A stretch of DNA of 64,000 bases from an uncultured Gemmatimonadales bacterium (GTDB lineage Bacteria > Gemmatimonadota > Gemmatimonadetes > Gemmatimonadales > GWC2-71-9): contig CAVSQW010000015.1 in assembly GCA_963730185.1 (NCBI GenBank), forward strand, positions 192,001 through 256,000, written 5' to 3'. This document shows positions 34,727 through 44,352 of the stretch, piece after piece. Numbering within the stretch: the stretch's first letter is position 1; the number at the start of each line of letters is the position of its first letter. Under the pieces are notes generated by a model that did no database searches, was not told where the DNA came from, and saw nothing but the letters and a program-made list of their open reading frames with translations. The translations under genes were made by a program, and so were the position numbers.

Positions 34727-35724
34727 ATGGATCGCGTCTTTTCTGGTATTCAGCCGACCGGCGAGCTGCACATCGGCAACTGGCTCGGCGCGGTAAAGAA
34801 CTGGGTCGAGCTGCAGGATCGCTTCGACTGTCTTTACTGCGTCGTGGATCTGCACGTGCTCACCGTGAAGTACGACCCGGCGGTGTTGGCCGACCGGACT
34901 CGCGACATGGCGGTGAGCCTGCTGGCCGCGGGGATCGACCCCGACCGGGCCATCGCTGTTCGTGCAATCGCAGGTGCCCGAGCATACCCGGCTCGAGTGG
35001 TTCTTCACCAGCGTCGTGGGCATTGGCGAGCTGGAGCGGATGACGCAGTTCAAGGACAAGGCGACTCGGATGGAGCGGATCCCGGCGAGTCTGCTCCTCT
35101 ACCCGGTGCTCCAGGCCGCGGACATCCTGCTCTACCGGGCCAACAAGGTGCCGGTCGGAGAAGACCAGGTGCAGCACCTCGAGCTGTCCCGCGACATCGC
35201 CCGGAGCTGGAATGCCGGGTTCTCGCCCGACGACCCTTACTTCCCGGAGCCGGCCGCGCTGCTGACACCGGCCAAGCGGATCCTGGGCCTCGACGGGGAG
35301 GCGAAGATGTCCAAGAGTCTCGGGAACACGATCGCGGTGTCGGAGTCGGCCGACGAGATCTGGGCGAAACTCCGGCCGGCCAAGACCGATCCGGCCCGGA
35401 AGACCCGGAAGGATCCCGGCGACCCGGCCAAGTGCAACGTCTATCACGCTCCACCAGAACTTCTCGCCGCCGGCGACCGTGGCGGAGGTCGACGTGAACT
35501 GTCGCACGGCGGGCTGGGGATGTCTGGATTGCAAGAAGGTCCTGGCGGAACACATGGAGCGGGAGCTGGCCCCGATTCGGGAGCGCGGGCGGGAGCTGGC
35601 GGCCGATCGCCCGCGGGTGGACCGGATCATCGCGAACGGCGCGGAGCGGGCCCGGGCCATCGCCCGGGAGACGATGCGGGAGGTGGAGCGCCGGATGGGC
35701 TTCCTCCCCGTGGTCGAGCCCTGA
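34727..35724 (+). CDS. trpS: Tryptophanyl-tRNA synthetase (apparent indels near 34955 and 35445)
   Basis: [35 protein letters not shown] and GCLDCKK spread over three ORF pieces. Confidence 0.93.
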
Positions 35725-36803
35725 TGTCGTCCTCGTCGTCGGCGCCGATCGAGCGAATCATCAAGGCCGCGGTGGACCGGGGTGCGTCCGACCTGCACAT
35801 CAAGGCGGGCGACCTCTTTCGGGCCCGGATCGACGGCAAGCTGGTGCCGCTCACCAAGCAGCGGCTCACCCCGGCCCAGACTCGCGCCATCGCCGCCAAG
35901 CTGCTCCCGACCGACGAGGACCGGGGCCGACTCGAGGCGATCAAGGACTTCGATTGCTCCTGGGGGCTGGCCTGGCGTGGGGCGCTTCCGGGTCAACGTG
36001 CTCCGGCAGCGCTCCAGCTTCATGATCGTGATGCGGGTGATCCCGTTCGCGGTGCCCACCCTGGAAGAGCTGGCGCTGCCCGACACGTTGAACCGGCTGA
36101 TCGAGGCGCCGTCGGGGACTAATTCTGGTGAGCGGCGTGACCGGGAGCGGCAAGAGCTCGACCATCGCCGCGATGCTGCACCACCTGAACCAGACCCAGC
36201 ACCGGCACATCATCACGATCGAGGACCCGATCGAGTACCTCCACCGGGACATCGGGTGCTCGGTGACCCAGCGTGAGGTCGGGATCGACACCGCGTCGCT
36301 TCAAGTGGGCCTCCGGGCGGCCCTCCGGCAGGACCCGGACGTGATCGTGGCGGGCGACATCCACGACCCCGACGCGCTCGACACCGCGATCAAGGCGGCC
36401 GAGACCGGCACCCTGGTGGTCGGCGTGATCCACGCCCCGGACGTGGTGGCCACCGTGAGCCAGGTGCTGGCCATGCTGCCGACCGCCGAGCGGGCCATCG
36501 GCCGGCTCCGGTTCGCGGAGGCCCTCGGGGCGGTGGTGGCACAGCAGCTCGTGCCGCGAAAGGGGGGAGGGACGGGTGCCCGCAGTGGAGCTCCTGGTCG
36601 CGACTCCGGAGGTCCGAGAGGCGCTGCGCGACGGCGAAAGGATCGACGACCTCCGCGGGCTGATGACCAAGGCCGCGGGGAAGTCCGGCATGCAGACCTT
36701 TGGCCAGCACCTGAGCCAGTTGGCCAAGGCGGGAACCATCACCGCCGAGACGGCGAAGGCCGCCTCCGGCGAGCCCGAGACCCAGGGGAAGGGAAGGCGC
36801 TGA
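35724..36803 (+). CDS. PilT/PilU-family ATPase with degenerate motifs (apparent indels near 35970, 36115, 36565)
   Basis: GASDLHIK, GRFRVN, GVTGSGKSST, TIEDPIEY, ALRQDPDVI, GMQTF. Confidence 0.88.
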
Positions 36804-36804
36804 C

Positions 36805-38085
36805 ATGTTCGGATCGGGTTCGCGCTGTGTCGTGGTGGTTGGCTCGCAGTGGGGCGACGAGGGGAAAGGCAAGCTCGTCGACGTCCTCTCCGAGCAGGCC
36901 GACCTCGTGGTCCGCTATCAAGGTGGGGCCAACGCGGGGCATACCGTGGTGATCGGCGATTCCCAGTTCATTCTCCGCCAGATCCCGAGCGGCGTCCTTC
37001 ACCCCAACACGGTCTGCATCCTCGGCAACGGGGTGGTGCTCGATCCGGATGGTCTGTTCGGCGAGCTGGACGGCCTGGCGGAGCGGGGGATCCGGCCCGA
37101 GGGACGGGTGTTCGTGTCGGATCGCGCCCACCTGGTGCTGCCCTACCACAAGCTGCTCGACGCGGCCCTCGAACGCCGCCTCAACATCGGCACCACCCGC
37201 CGGGGCATCGGGCCGGCCTATGAGGACAAGTACGGCCGCCGGGGCATCCGGGCCGGCCTGCTGGGCCAGCCGGCCCGGGTGGCCGAGCTGGTCCGGGAGC
37301 GGGTGGAGTGGGCCAACGAGCTCCTGGCCTTGGTCGGCCTCGAGGAGCGTGCCTCGGCCGACGAGCATGTGGCCCTCCTGGAGCGCTGGGCGCCGCGCCT
37401 GCTGCCGCTGGTGACCGACACCGGTCTTCTGATTCACCGGGGCCTCAAGGACGGCAAGCGGGTGCTCCTGGAGGGCGCCCAGGGCGCTCTCCTGGACGTG
37501 GATCACGGGACCTACCCCTTCGTCACCTCGTCCAACACCACGTCCGGTGGCGCGGCCGTGGGGGCCGCCATCGGGCCCACGATGATCGACGGGGTGATCG
37601 GTGTCGTGAAAGCCTACACCACCCGGGTGGGTAACGGCCCCCTCCCGACCCTGGCCGAGCCGGCCACGGAGGAGCGGCTCCGGCAGATCGGCCACGAGTT
37701 CGGGGCCGTCACCGGCCGCCCCCGGCGCTGCGGCTGGTTCGACACGGTGGTGGTTCGCTACGCCGCCCGGGTCAACGGACTCACCGCGCTGGCCGTGACC
37801 AAGCTCGACGTGCTCGACGCCTTCGACCGGATCCCGATCGGCGTCGCCTACGAGCTTGACGGCCAACGGGTCGCGAGCATGCCGTCGGACGTGTCGGTGC
37901 TGGAGCGGGTCACCCCGGTGTTCGAGACGATGGAGGGCTGGCGGGCCAGCACCGCCGACGCCCGCTCGCTCGCCGACCTGCCCAAGGCCGCCCGGGCCTA
38001 CCTGGACCGGCTTCAGGCCCTGGCCGAGACGCCGGTCAAGTATGTGAGCGTGGGGACGAGGCGGGATCAGATCATCGAGGTGTGA
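36805..38085 (+). CDS. purA: Adenylosuccinate synthetase
   Basis: QWGDEGKGK, GGANAGHT, EGAQG, GTYPFVTSS, TGRPRRCGW. Confidence 0.98.
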   Translation: MFGSGSRCVVVVGSQWGDEGKGKLVDVLSEQADLVVRYQGGANAGHTVVIGDSQFILRQIPSGVLHPNTVCILGNGVVLDPDGLFGELDGLAERGIRPEGRVFVSDRAHLVLPYHKLLDAALERRLNIGTTRRGIGPAYEDKYGRRGIRAGLLGQPARVAELVRERVEWANELLALVGLEERASADEHVALLERWAPRLLPLVTDTGLLIHRGLKDGKRVLLEGAQGALLDVDHGTYPFVTSSNTTSGGAAVGAAIGPTMIDGVIGVVKAYTTRVGNGPLPTLAEPATEERLRQIGHEFGAVTGRPRRCGWFDTVVVRYAARVNGLTALAVTKLDVLDAFDRIPIGVAYELDGQRVASMPSDVSVLERVTPVFETMEGWRASTADARSLADLPKAARAYLDRLQALAETPVKYVSVGTRRDQIIEV

Positions 38086-38095
38086 GGGGAGACGG

Positions 38096-38132
38096 GGAGA
38101 GACGGGGAGGGGAACCGCCCCCCCGTTTCTCC
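38096..38132. terminator. Hairpin between convergent purA and pilX-like genes
   Basis: GGAGAGACGGGG...CCCCGTTTCTCC stem with one G-U pair, inside a purine-then-pyrimidine tract. Confidence 0.55.
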
Positions 38133-38176
38133 AACCCACCGCGTCCCTCCCAACCCTCCCCATTCCCATCCCTCCC

Positions 38177-40126
38177 TTACCTCGACTGCAGCTCGCGGAA
38201 GTAGTTGTCCACGCCGGTCTGGTTGAGCCACACCGGATCGATCTCGTAATACCGGCTCTTGACGTAGCGGCCGGTGGTCGGGAAGTACGGCGGCGGGTTG
38301 GTGGCGCCGCAGGGGTCGTAGGCGTGGGCCTCGGCCCAACCGGACGCGTTCGAGTAGCCGATCGGCCAGTAGGTCCACCAGTCGATCCGGCCCAGCGACA
38401 TCCCGCCTGTGATCCGGATGCAGCCCGAGGGGGCGTTGGCGCAGCGCTGGCCGGTGATGCTCGGGATGGCCGGGCTGGGCGGGCCGGAATACACCGAGAT
38501 GCCCGGGATGTCGCCACCCCAGTTGCCGAGGGCCAGCAGGAACATGTTGTAGTTGGCGTCGGCGGGGGTGTCGTCGTAGAGGCCGACATAGGTGCCGTTG
38601 ACCTTGAACGGGACCTGGAGATTATTGTCCTGGATCACGATGTTGCCGGCGGCCAGGGCGCCGAAGATGTCGCCGGTCTCGGTGCAGTTGGTGCCGGCCG
38701 CGGTCCAGTACTGGAAGTCGTCCTGGAGCACGATGTTGCCGGTCGCGACCACCGAGACGCGCCCCCGGAGCCGGCCGCTGATGGCCACGTCGCCGGTGAC
38801 GTAGAGGACACCCTTGAAGTTCGGGTTCTTGCCGAGAGGAATCCAGTACTCGGCGTCGCCGCCGGTGGCGATCGGGTTCCGGACGGTGGTGACGGAGGCG
38901 TCCGGGCCCAGTCGCCGGCGCACCCACTTGCCGCCGACGCCGGCAACCAACCCGGCGTTCACGACGGCCGAGTCGGCCAGCAGGGAGTCACCGGTCACGG
39001 CGGTAAAGAGCCGTGGGTCGCCGCCCAGAAAGCAGCGGCGGCTGCCCGCGGTAAGCGCCGCGCGGGCCGCGGCCCGGCCGAGGGCGGCGGTGCCGGGAGC
39101 ATTGTAGGCGGTCCGGGCAGAGACGAAGACGCCGCTGACATAGTCGCCGCAGTTGGGCGACACCATGTTGGGGTCGTCGGACCAGGTGGTGCCCGACGGG
39201 GCGTTGGGCCAGCGCCGTCCGTTGACGTAGGCCAGCGACGAGTCATCGGTCGCCAGGCACTTGAAGACCCGGACGTACCCCTCGTCCCACTCGATCACCC
39301 CGTCGCCGTTCGAGTCGAGCACCGCGAAGTCGAGCCGGGTGCAGGGCCGGTTGAGCCCCGTATTACCGCCGGTGATGTCGTAGTCGCCGCCGACCACATC
39401 GGCGTCCTGAGCGTACTGCTGCATCAGCCCGAGCTGAGCCGAGGTCGGCCAGGCCAGGGGCTGGACGCCGGTGGCATACCCGGCCATGAAGTTGCCCGAG
39501 CTCACGCTGCTGATGGAGTTCACCACCTGCACCGGACCCGCGAAGTCGATCTTGGGGCTGGAGCAGCCGCTCTGGAGCTGGAGCTTGTCGTTGGAGAAGA
39601 AGGGGCCGCTGATGGACTCGCCGCAGCCGTACATGACCCCGCTGTTGCTCCAGAGGTTGATCGCCACCGCGAACCGCGACCAGGACTCCTGCGAGTAGAG
39701 CCCCCGCCGGGCGGCCACCGACCCTCGGGTGTCGTTGATGATCGAGACGATGCTCATGAAGTTGCTGCCGTACTGCCCCGAGGTGGCGGGGCCGCCGGTC
39801 CGGCCGCCGGTCTTGCCGGCGTAGACGGAGCGGGTGTAACCGGGGATCGTGTTTCCCTGCGCGTCGGTGATGGTCGAGGCGGAGAGAATGTCGATCTTGC
39901 CGGTGTCGGGCAGCACCGTCAGGGCCCGGTTGATCGAGTCGCGGGCGATCTCGAGTCCGGCGTCGGCGAGCGAGTGAAGGGCGGCTTCCTTGGCGGTGAA
40001 CTTCGCCGTCAGGGTGCCGCTCCCGGCGATCATGACGCCGCCCATCGCGAGCCCCGCGATCGCCAAGGTAATTAGCAGCGCCAGAATCAGCGCGACGCCG
40101 CGTTCGTTGCGAATGATGGATCGCAT
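38177..40126 (-). CDS. Large PilX-like minor pilin / tip protein
   Basis: NERG/VALILALLI prepilin site lacking Glu5; ALHSLADAGLE helix; Cys-rich beta-rich C-terminus; start at ATG after GAGGAG (alternative 40153). Confidence 0.82.
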   Translation of the reverse strand: MRSIIRNERGVALILALLITLAIAGLAMGGVMIAGSGTLTAKFTAKEAALHSLADAGLEIARDSINRALTVLPDTGKIDILSASTITDAQGNTIPGYTRSVYAGKTGGRTGGPATSGQYGSNFMSIVSIINDTRGSVAARRGLYSQESWSRFAVAINLWSNSGVMYGCGESISGPFFSNDKLQLQSGCSSPKIDFAGPVQVVNSISSVSSGNFMAGYATGVQPLAWPTSAQLGLMQQYAQDADVVGGDYDITGGNTGLNRPCTRLDFAVLDSNGDGVIEWDEGYVRVFKCLATDDSSLAYVNGRRWPNAPSGTTWSDDPNMVSPNCGDYVSGVFVSARTAYNAPGTAALGRAAARAALTAGSRRCFLGGDPRLFTAVTGDSLLADSAVVNAGLVAGVGGKWVRRRLGPDASVTTVRNPIATGGDAEYWIPLGKNPNFKGVLYVTGDVAISGRLRGRVSVVATGNIVLQDDFQYWTAAGTNCTETGDIFGALAAGNIVIQDNNLQVPFKVNGTYVGLYDDTPADANYNMFLLALGNWGGDIPGISVYSGPPSPAIPSITGQRCANAPSGCIRITGGMSLGRIDWWTYWPIGYSNASGWAEAHAYDPCGATNPPPYFPTTGRYVKSRYYEIDPVWLNQTGVDNYFRELQSR

Positions 40127-40149
40127 GGTGGGGATCTCCTCGGAGCCGC

Positions 40150-41349
40150 TCATGGCGCGGTTTGGGTCACCTGGACCAGGGTGGAGGTCGCAGGGGTGCA
40201 GTCCTGCGCCGCAATCGCGAAGTCGTAGGCCGCCCCGCTCGTGAGCCCCGCGATCGGGATGTTGTACGCCGTGGTGGTGTCGGCCTTGACCATGATCAGC
40301 GGATCCCGCCAGACCGTGGCGGTGTCGTCGCGCTGGTACAGGATGTACTGGCGGACGTCGTACTCACCGGCGTGATCGTCGGGTGAGCGGTTCCAGCTGA
40401 GGTAGATTAGCCCGCCGCCCGGAATGGTGTCCTGGGTGGCGGCGAAGTTCAGCGGTGCGAACGGCGCGCGCCCACACACGTTCGGCGACGGCAGCCCGTT
40501 GTTGGGCACCTCGATCAGCTGGCTGAAGAGCCGGGTCCGCTGAGCCGAGCCGGTGTCGCCGTTGGTGATCCGGATGTTGATCCGGACCGCCCGGACGCTG
40601 TCCGGTCGGACCTTCATGGCGGTATCGGCCGGGGTGTCGCCGGCCTGGGGCCACTGACGCTTGAGGGGCAGGAGCGAGCCGGAGGCGATCAGCATGGTGT
40701 CGGCGCCGCTGCTCAGCCGCCGGGCCAGGAAATACTCGAAGAAGGGCCGCCCCGGATAGGCCAGGACGTTCCGCGAGACCACCGAGCCGGCGCTGCCGTT
40801 GGTCCGCTCCCAGAGGATGTAGTCGTCGGTCCGGGCGGTCGCGGTATCCGGCGCGAACCAGAAGATCTTGGTCTCGGCCAGGCTGACGGCCCCGTTGGCC
40901 TGGGTGTACGTCACCGCCGGATAGGTGTAGCTGGGCGACGAGGTCGGGATCGCGCTCGCCTGGGTGGCGTCCCACGCCTCGGCGTCGGCGGTCGACACGC
41001 TGGGATTGAAGTTCACCGCCCAGCGGTAGTTGGTGGTGTCGTTCTCGACGTAGTCCGTGTTGAAGGCCACGCCGTCGTTCCCGCCGTACACCAGCATCGG
41101 CTGCTGCCCGGTCACTCCGGCCCCCAGGGTGCGGAGGGTCCGCTCCACCTCGGTCACGGAGTAGCGGGCGTTTTGGAGGAGGTCGACTTTCTGGCTGCCG
41201 TTGATGAAGGCGCGGTTCTGGCTCTGGAAGAAGAGCACCGTGGTGCCCATGATCATGCTCATCACGATCAGCGTGACCAGGAGCTCGACCAGTGAGAAGC
41301 CGGCTCGGGGGTCGAGCGGGCGGCGCGGGGCGACGGGGCGTGGGCTCAT
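40150..41349 (-). CDS. PilW-like minor pilin with C-terminal fibronectin type III-like domain
   Basis: RAG/FSLVELLV; C-terminal LSWNRS..YILYQR..GLTSGAAYDFAIAAQD. Confidence 0.82.
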   Translation of the reverse strand: MSPRPVAPRRPLDPRAGFSLVELLVTLIVMSMIMGTTVLFFQSQNRAFINGSQKVDLLQNARYSVTEVERTLRTLGAGVTGQQPMLVYGGNDGVAFNTDYVENDTTNYRWAVNFNPSVSTADAEAWDATQASAIPTSSPSYTYPAVTYTQANGAVSLAETKIFWFAPDTATARTDDYILWERTNGSAGSVVSRNVLAYPGRPFFEYFLARRLSSGADTMLIASGSLLPLKRQWPQAGDTPADTAMKVRPDSVRAVRINIRITNGDTGSAQRTRLFSQLIEVPNNGLPSPNVCGRAPFAPLNFAATQDTIPGGGLIYLSWNRSPDDHAGEYDVRQYILYQRDDTATVWRDPLIMVKADTTTAYNIPIAGLTSGAAYDFAIAAQDCTPATSTLVQVTQTAP

Positions 41350-41741
41350 GGGCGCGCGATCACGGCGGTCAGACTCACCGTGTCCCTGATGACGGCGTTG
41401 GTGGCGAAGACCCGGACGGTGACGGTCGTCCGGTCGCGGGCCGGGCTCCCGCTCTGGTCCCGGGCGATGAAGGTCCGGCGCCGGATGTTCGGGTAGCCCG
41501 GAAAACCCGTGGTGTCGGCCCCGGCGCCGGTACCGTAGCGCGACACCAGCGTGGGGTAGCGAACGTCGCCCCGGATCAGCTCGAGCCGCTCCTTGGCGAT
41601 CGTGGTCATCGACGAGAGCATCGTGGCCTTGGTCGTGGCGTTCTGGTACTTGCCCATGAACTGGCCCAGACTGGTCACCGCGATGCTGAGCAGCACGACT
41701 GCGATCAGCACCTCGATCAGGGTGAAGCCACGCGTGTTCAT
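41346..41741 (-). CDS. PilV-like minor pilin
   Basis: MNTRG/FTLIEVLIAVVLL; 131 aa. Confidence 0.85.
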   Translation of the reverse strand: MNTRGFTLIEVLIAVVLLSIAVTSLGQFMGKYQNATTKATMLSSMTTIAKERLELIRGDVRYPTLVSRYGTGAGADTTGFPGYPNIRRRTFIARDQSGSPARDRTTVTVRVFATNAVIRDTVSLTAVIARP

Positions 41742-42295
41742 CAGTTCTCCTTGAGCCAGCCGGCCGAGGTGTACTTGTACTGGTAGGCCCGCCCCGAGGC
41801 CCGAACGATCTCGAGCGCCCGGGCGTCGGTGGCGCTGTTCAGGTTCACCGCGCGGTTGGTATTCATGTAGATCACGCCGTTCTGATCGGCGCTGCCGTCG
41901 CGGCGGAAGATGATCAGCGTGAGCTCGTTGGACGGCGACGGCGCCGGCAGGCTGGGCGCCGTGACCTGCTCGAAGTTGATACCGTCGTCGAGCTGCACGA
42001 TCCGTCGCCGTTCGCCGACCGAGAAGACACCGTCGTTGTTGGCGTCCTCGTCGACGACCAGCCGACGGTTGCCGTGGTCGATCGTAACCTGCACGTTGTG
42101 CTGCAGACTCACCGCGAGCCGCTGCGCGTAGCTCAGCTGGAGCGAGACGTTGCGCGTTTCCGCGTTGAGCCGGTATTTCAACCAATCGAGGCGGGGCAGC
42201 GCCAAGCCGGCGATGATGCTCAGGATGACGATCACCCAGAGCAGCTCGCCCAACGAGTAGCCACGGCGGTTGCGGAGCAGCGAGCGCCGTTCCAT
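41741..42295 (-). CDS. FimT/FimU (GspH)-like minor pilin
   Basis: RRG/YSLGELLWVIVIL..ALP; LSYAQRLAV; IIFRRDGS. Confidence 0.85.
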   Translation of the reverse strand: MERRSLLRNRRGYSLGELLWVIVILSIIAGLALPRLDWLKYRLNAETRNVSLQLSYAQRLAVSLQHNVQVTIDHGNRRLVVDEDANNDGVFSVGERRRIVQLDDGINFEQVTAPSLPAPSPSNELTLIIFRRDGSADQNGVIYMNTNRAVNLNSATDARALEIVRASGRAYQYKYTSAGWLKEN

Positions 42296-42378
42296 TCCAT
42301 TCTCCCAGCACCGGGCCGGAGGGCCGGGTACCCAAAGCGCACACCCGAGACCTCCGGCATTCGTCCCCACTTCCCGTG

Positions 42379-42393
42379 GCAAGGTCCAAGCCA
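42379..42393 (-). promoter_or_regulatory. sigma54 (-24/-12) promoter of the left pilin cassette
   Basis: Minus strand TGGCTTGGACCTTGC = GG-N10-GC, ~84 nt before the start; IHF-like CGCAACTACTTA at ~42407-42418. Confidence 0.6.
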
Positions 42394-42627
42394 GTGATCG
42401 GCCTTTCGCAACTACTTACAGGACAACGCCATGTGGCGTCGCTGCACGGACCTGCCGACCGGTTCTCCCCGGTAGATTGCGAGAGTGCAAGAACTGTCAT
42501 CCGGCGGCTGGTCGGATTCCGAGCTTCCACCTCTGGACGGCTGCCCGTTCAGGGGGCAGCTTCCGCCGGGTGGGATCGCGATGGCGTTAGATTCCCTCGT
42601 GCCCCAGGCCCGCCACGCCGGAGAAGC

Positions 42628-43080
42628 ATGCCGTACTTCGGGGATCGCCAGTCTTCCCGCCGATCAGGGTTTTCGCTCGCCGAGATGTTGCTCGTCGTCT
42701 CGGTGCTGAGCGTACTGACCCTGATGGCGGTTCCCCGCCTCGAGCGGGCGGTTGCCGCCCGCGATCTGGTGGCCGCGAAGGCCGCCATCAGCGCCGTCTT
42801 TCTCCGGGCTCGGGCCGCCGCGGTGGATCGCCGCCAGTCGGTGCTGTTCACCGTCGACGGCGGCGTCGCCTCGGCCTCGGCCACGTCGCCGAGCGGACCG
42901 GTCCTGGTCGCCGAAGTGCCGCTTCGGACCCAGTTCTCCGTGCAGGTGACTGCCCCGGGCCGCAGCCTGCTGATCGAGCCGACGGGGCTGATCCGCTCGG
43001 GCACTCCGTTCGTGATCCGGCTGGCGCGCTCGACCCTCACCGACAGCGTGCGGATCACCGGCTACGGGAGAGTCGAATGA
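42628..43080 (+). CDS. FimT/FimU-like minor pilin (second cassette)
   Basis: RSG/FSLAEMLLVV..AVP; ARAAAV; TDSVRITGYGRV. Confidence 0.8.
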   Translation: MPYFGDRQSSRRSGFSLAEMLLVVSVLSVLTLMAVPRLERAVAARDLVAAKAAISAVFLRARAAAVDRRQSVLFTVDGGVASASATSPSGPVLVAEVPLRTQFSVQVTAPGRSLLIEPTGLIRSGTPFVIRLARSTLTDSVRITGYGRVE

Positions 43081-43456
43081 CCCTCCGGAGCCGCGCCGGC
43101 TTCTCGCTGGTCGAGCTGATGGTCTCGCTGATGATCTTGACAGGCGGGGTGCTGATCCTGGCCGGGGGCTCGCTATTCGTGACCCGCGACCTGGTCCGAA
43201 GCCGCCAGTCCACCGTGGCCGCGGCGGCGGCCCAGGCCAGCCTGGCCGAGCTCAGGGCGAGCGCCAACAGCACGGTCCCCCCCGTCTCTCCCCCCGGTTC
43301 GCCAGCGCGACCGTCCCGGTCAGCCAGGGTGGCGTCACGGTGACCTGGACCGTGCCGGAGACCGGACTCCTCCGGACCGTCCGGGTGGTCACGACCTACC
43401 AGCTGGGCCGGGGACAGGCCCGGACCGACACGCTGGTCGCCGTCATTCCATGCTGA
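43077..43456 (+). CDS. PilV-like minor pilin (apparent 1-nt deletion near 43283)
   Basis: RAG/FSLVELMV; the shifted frame reads ...GVTVTWTV..LRTVRVVTTY..TDTLVAVIPC-stop. Confidence 0.75.
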
Positions 43457-44352
43457 GCCGTCGGGGCGTTACCCTGGTCGAGCTGATGGTCAGCGTGGTG
43501 TTGCTCGGGATCATCGCGCTGGCCGGCGCCCGGGTCCTTCGGGTGGTGCTCAACACCACCAGCGCCCAGATGGGGCTGGCCGCCAGCCAGGGCGCGGTCC
43601 GGTTGGGGGTCTTGGCCCTGCCCCAGGAGTTTCGAGAAATCGGGTACGACTCGATTCCCGCCAGCGGTGCGGTGACCAGCGACCTCGAGGCCATCGCCGC
43701 CCACCAGATCACCTTCCGCGCGATGCGCGGCCTCGGCTTCACCTGCGGGACGCCCACGCTCACTGCCTTGACCGTCCGCCGGCCGGTGATGGGCATTCGG
43801 GGGCCGCTGATCACCGACGGCTTCCTCCTGTTCGTGGAGAGCGATCCCAACTATGGGCTCGACGACCAGTGGGTCCCGATGCGGGTGACGGCCATTGATT
43901 CCACCGCGAGCTGCGGCGGCCAGGCGGCCATCACGTTCACCCTGGCGGCACCCCCGGAGCTCGACCCGGTGGCCCACACGGCCATCGCGATCAGCCAGGT
44001 CTTCGTGGGTGGCCCGATTCGGTGGTACGAGCGGGTCCAATACGGCGCCTGGCGCGACCCCGCCAACGGGGCCGCGTACTTGGGGTTCCGCTCGCTCAGC
44101 CAAGGGCAGGAGGAATTGGGCCCCATTCTCGGCCCGCTGGTCGACACCACCGGTTTCGCCCTCACCTACTACTCCGCCAGCGGCGACGTGCTCGATCCCC
44201 AGATCACCTCCCCCCTCCGGGTGCGCTCGATCGGCCTCGACATCCAGGGCGCCACCGCGGCCGAGGTCTCGTTGGCGGGATCGACCCGGCGCCGCCCGGC
44301 GGTCACCTCGGTGTCGACCCGGGTAGCCCTCCGGAACAGCCTCCGCCCATGA
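43450..44352 (+). CDS. PilW-like minor pilin (second cassette)
   Basis: RRG/VTLVELMV; FALTYY; C-terminal RVALRN typical of PilW/GspJ-like proteins. Confidence 0.82.
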   Translation: MLSRRGVTLVELMVSVVLLGIIALAGARVLRVVLNTTSAQMGLAASQGAVRLGVLALPQEFREIGYDSIPASGAVTSDLEAIAAHQITFRAMRGLGFTCGTPTLTALTVRRPVMGIRGPLITDGFLLFVESDPNYGLDDQWVPMRVTAIDSTASCGGQAAITFTLAAPPELDPVAHTAIAISQVFVGGPIRWYERVQYGAWRDPANGAAYLGFRSLSQGQEELGPILGPLVDTTGFALTYYSASGDVLDPQITSPLRVRSIGLDIQGATAAEVSLAGSTRRRPAVTSVSTRVALRNSLRP

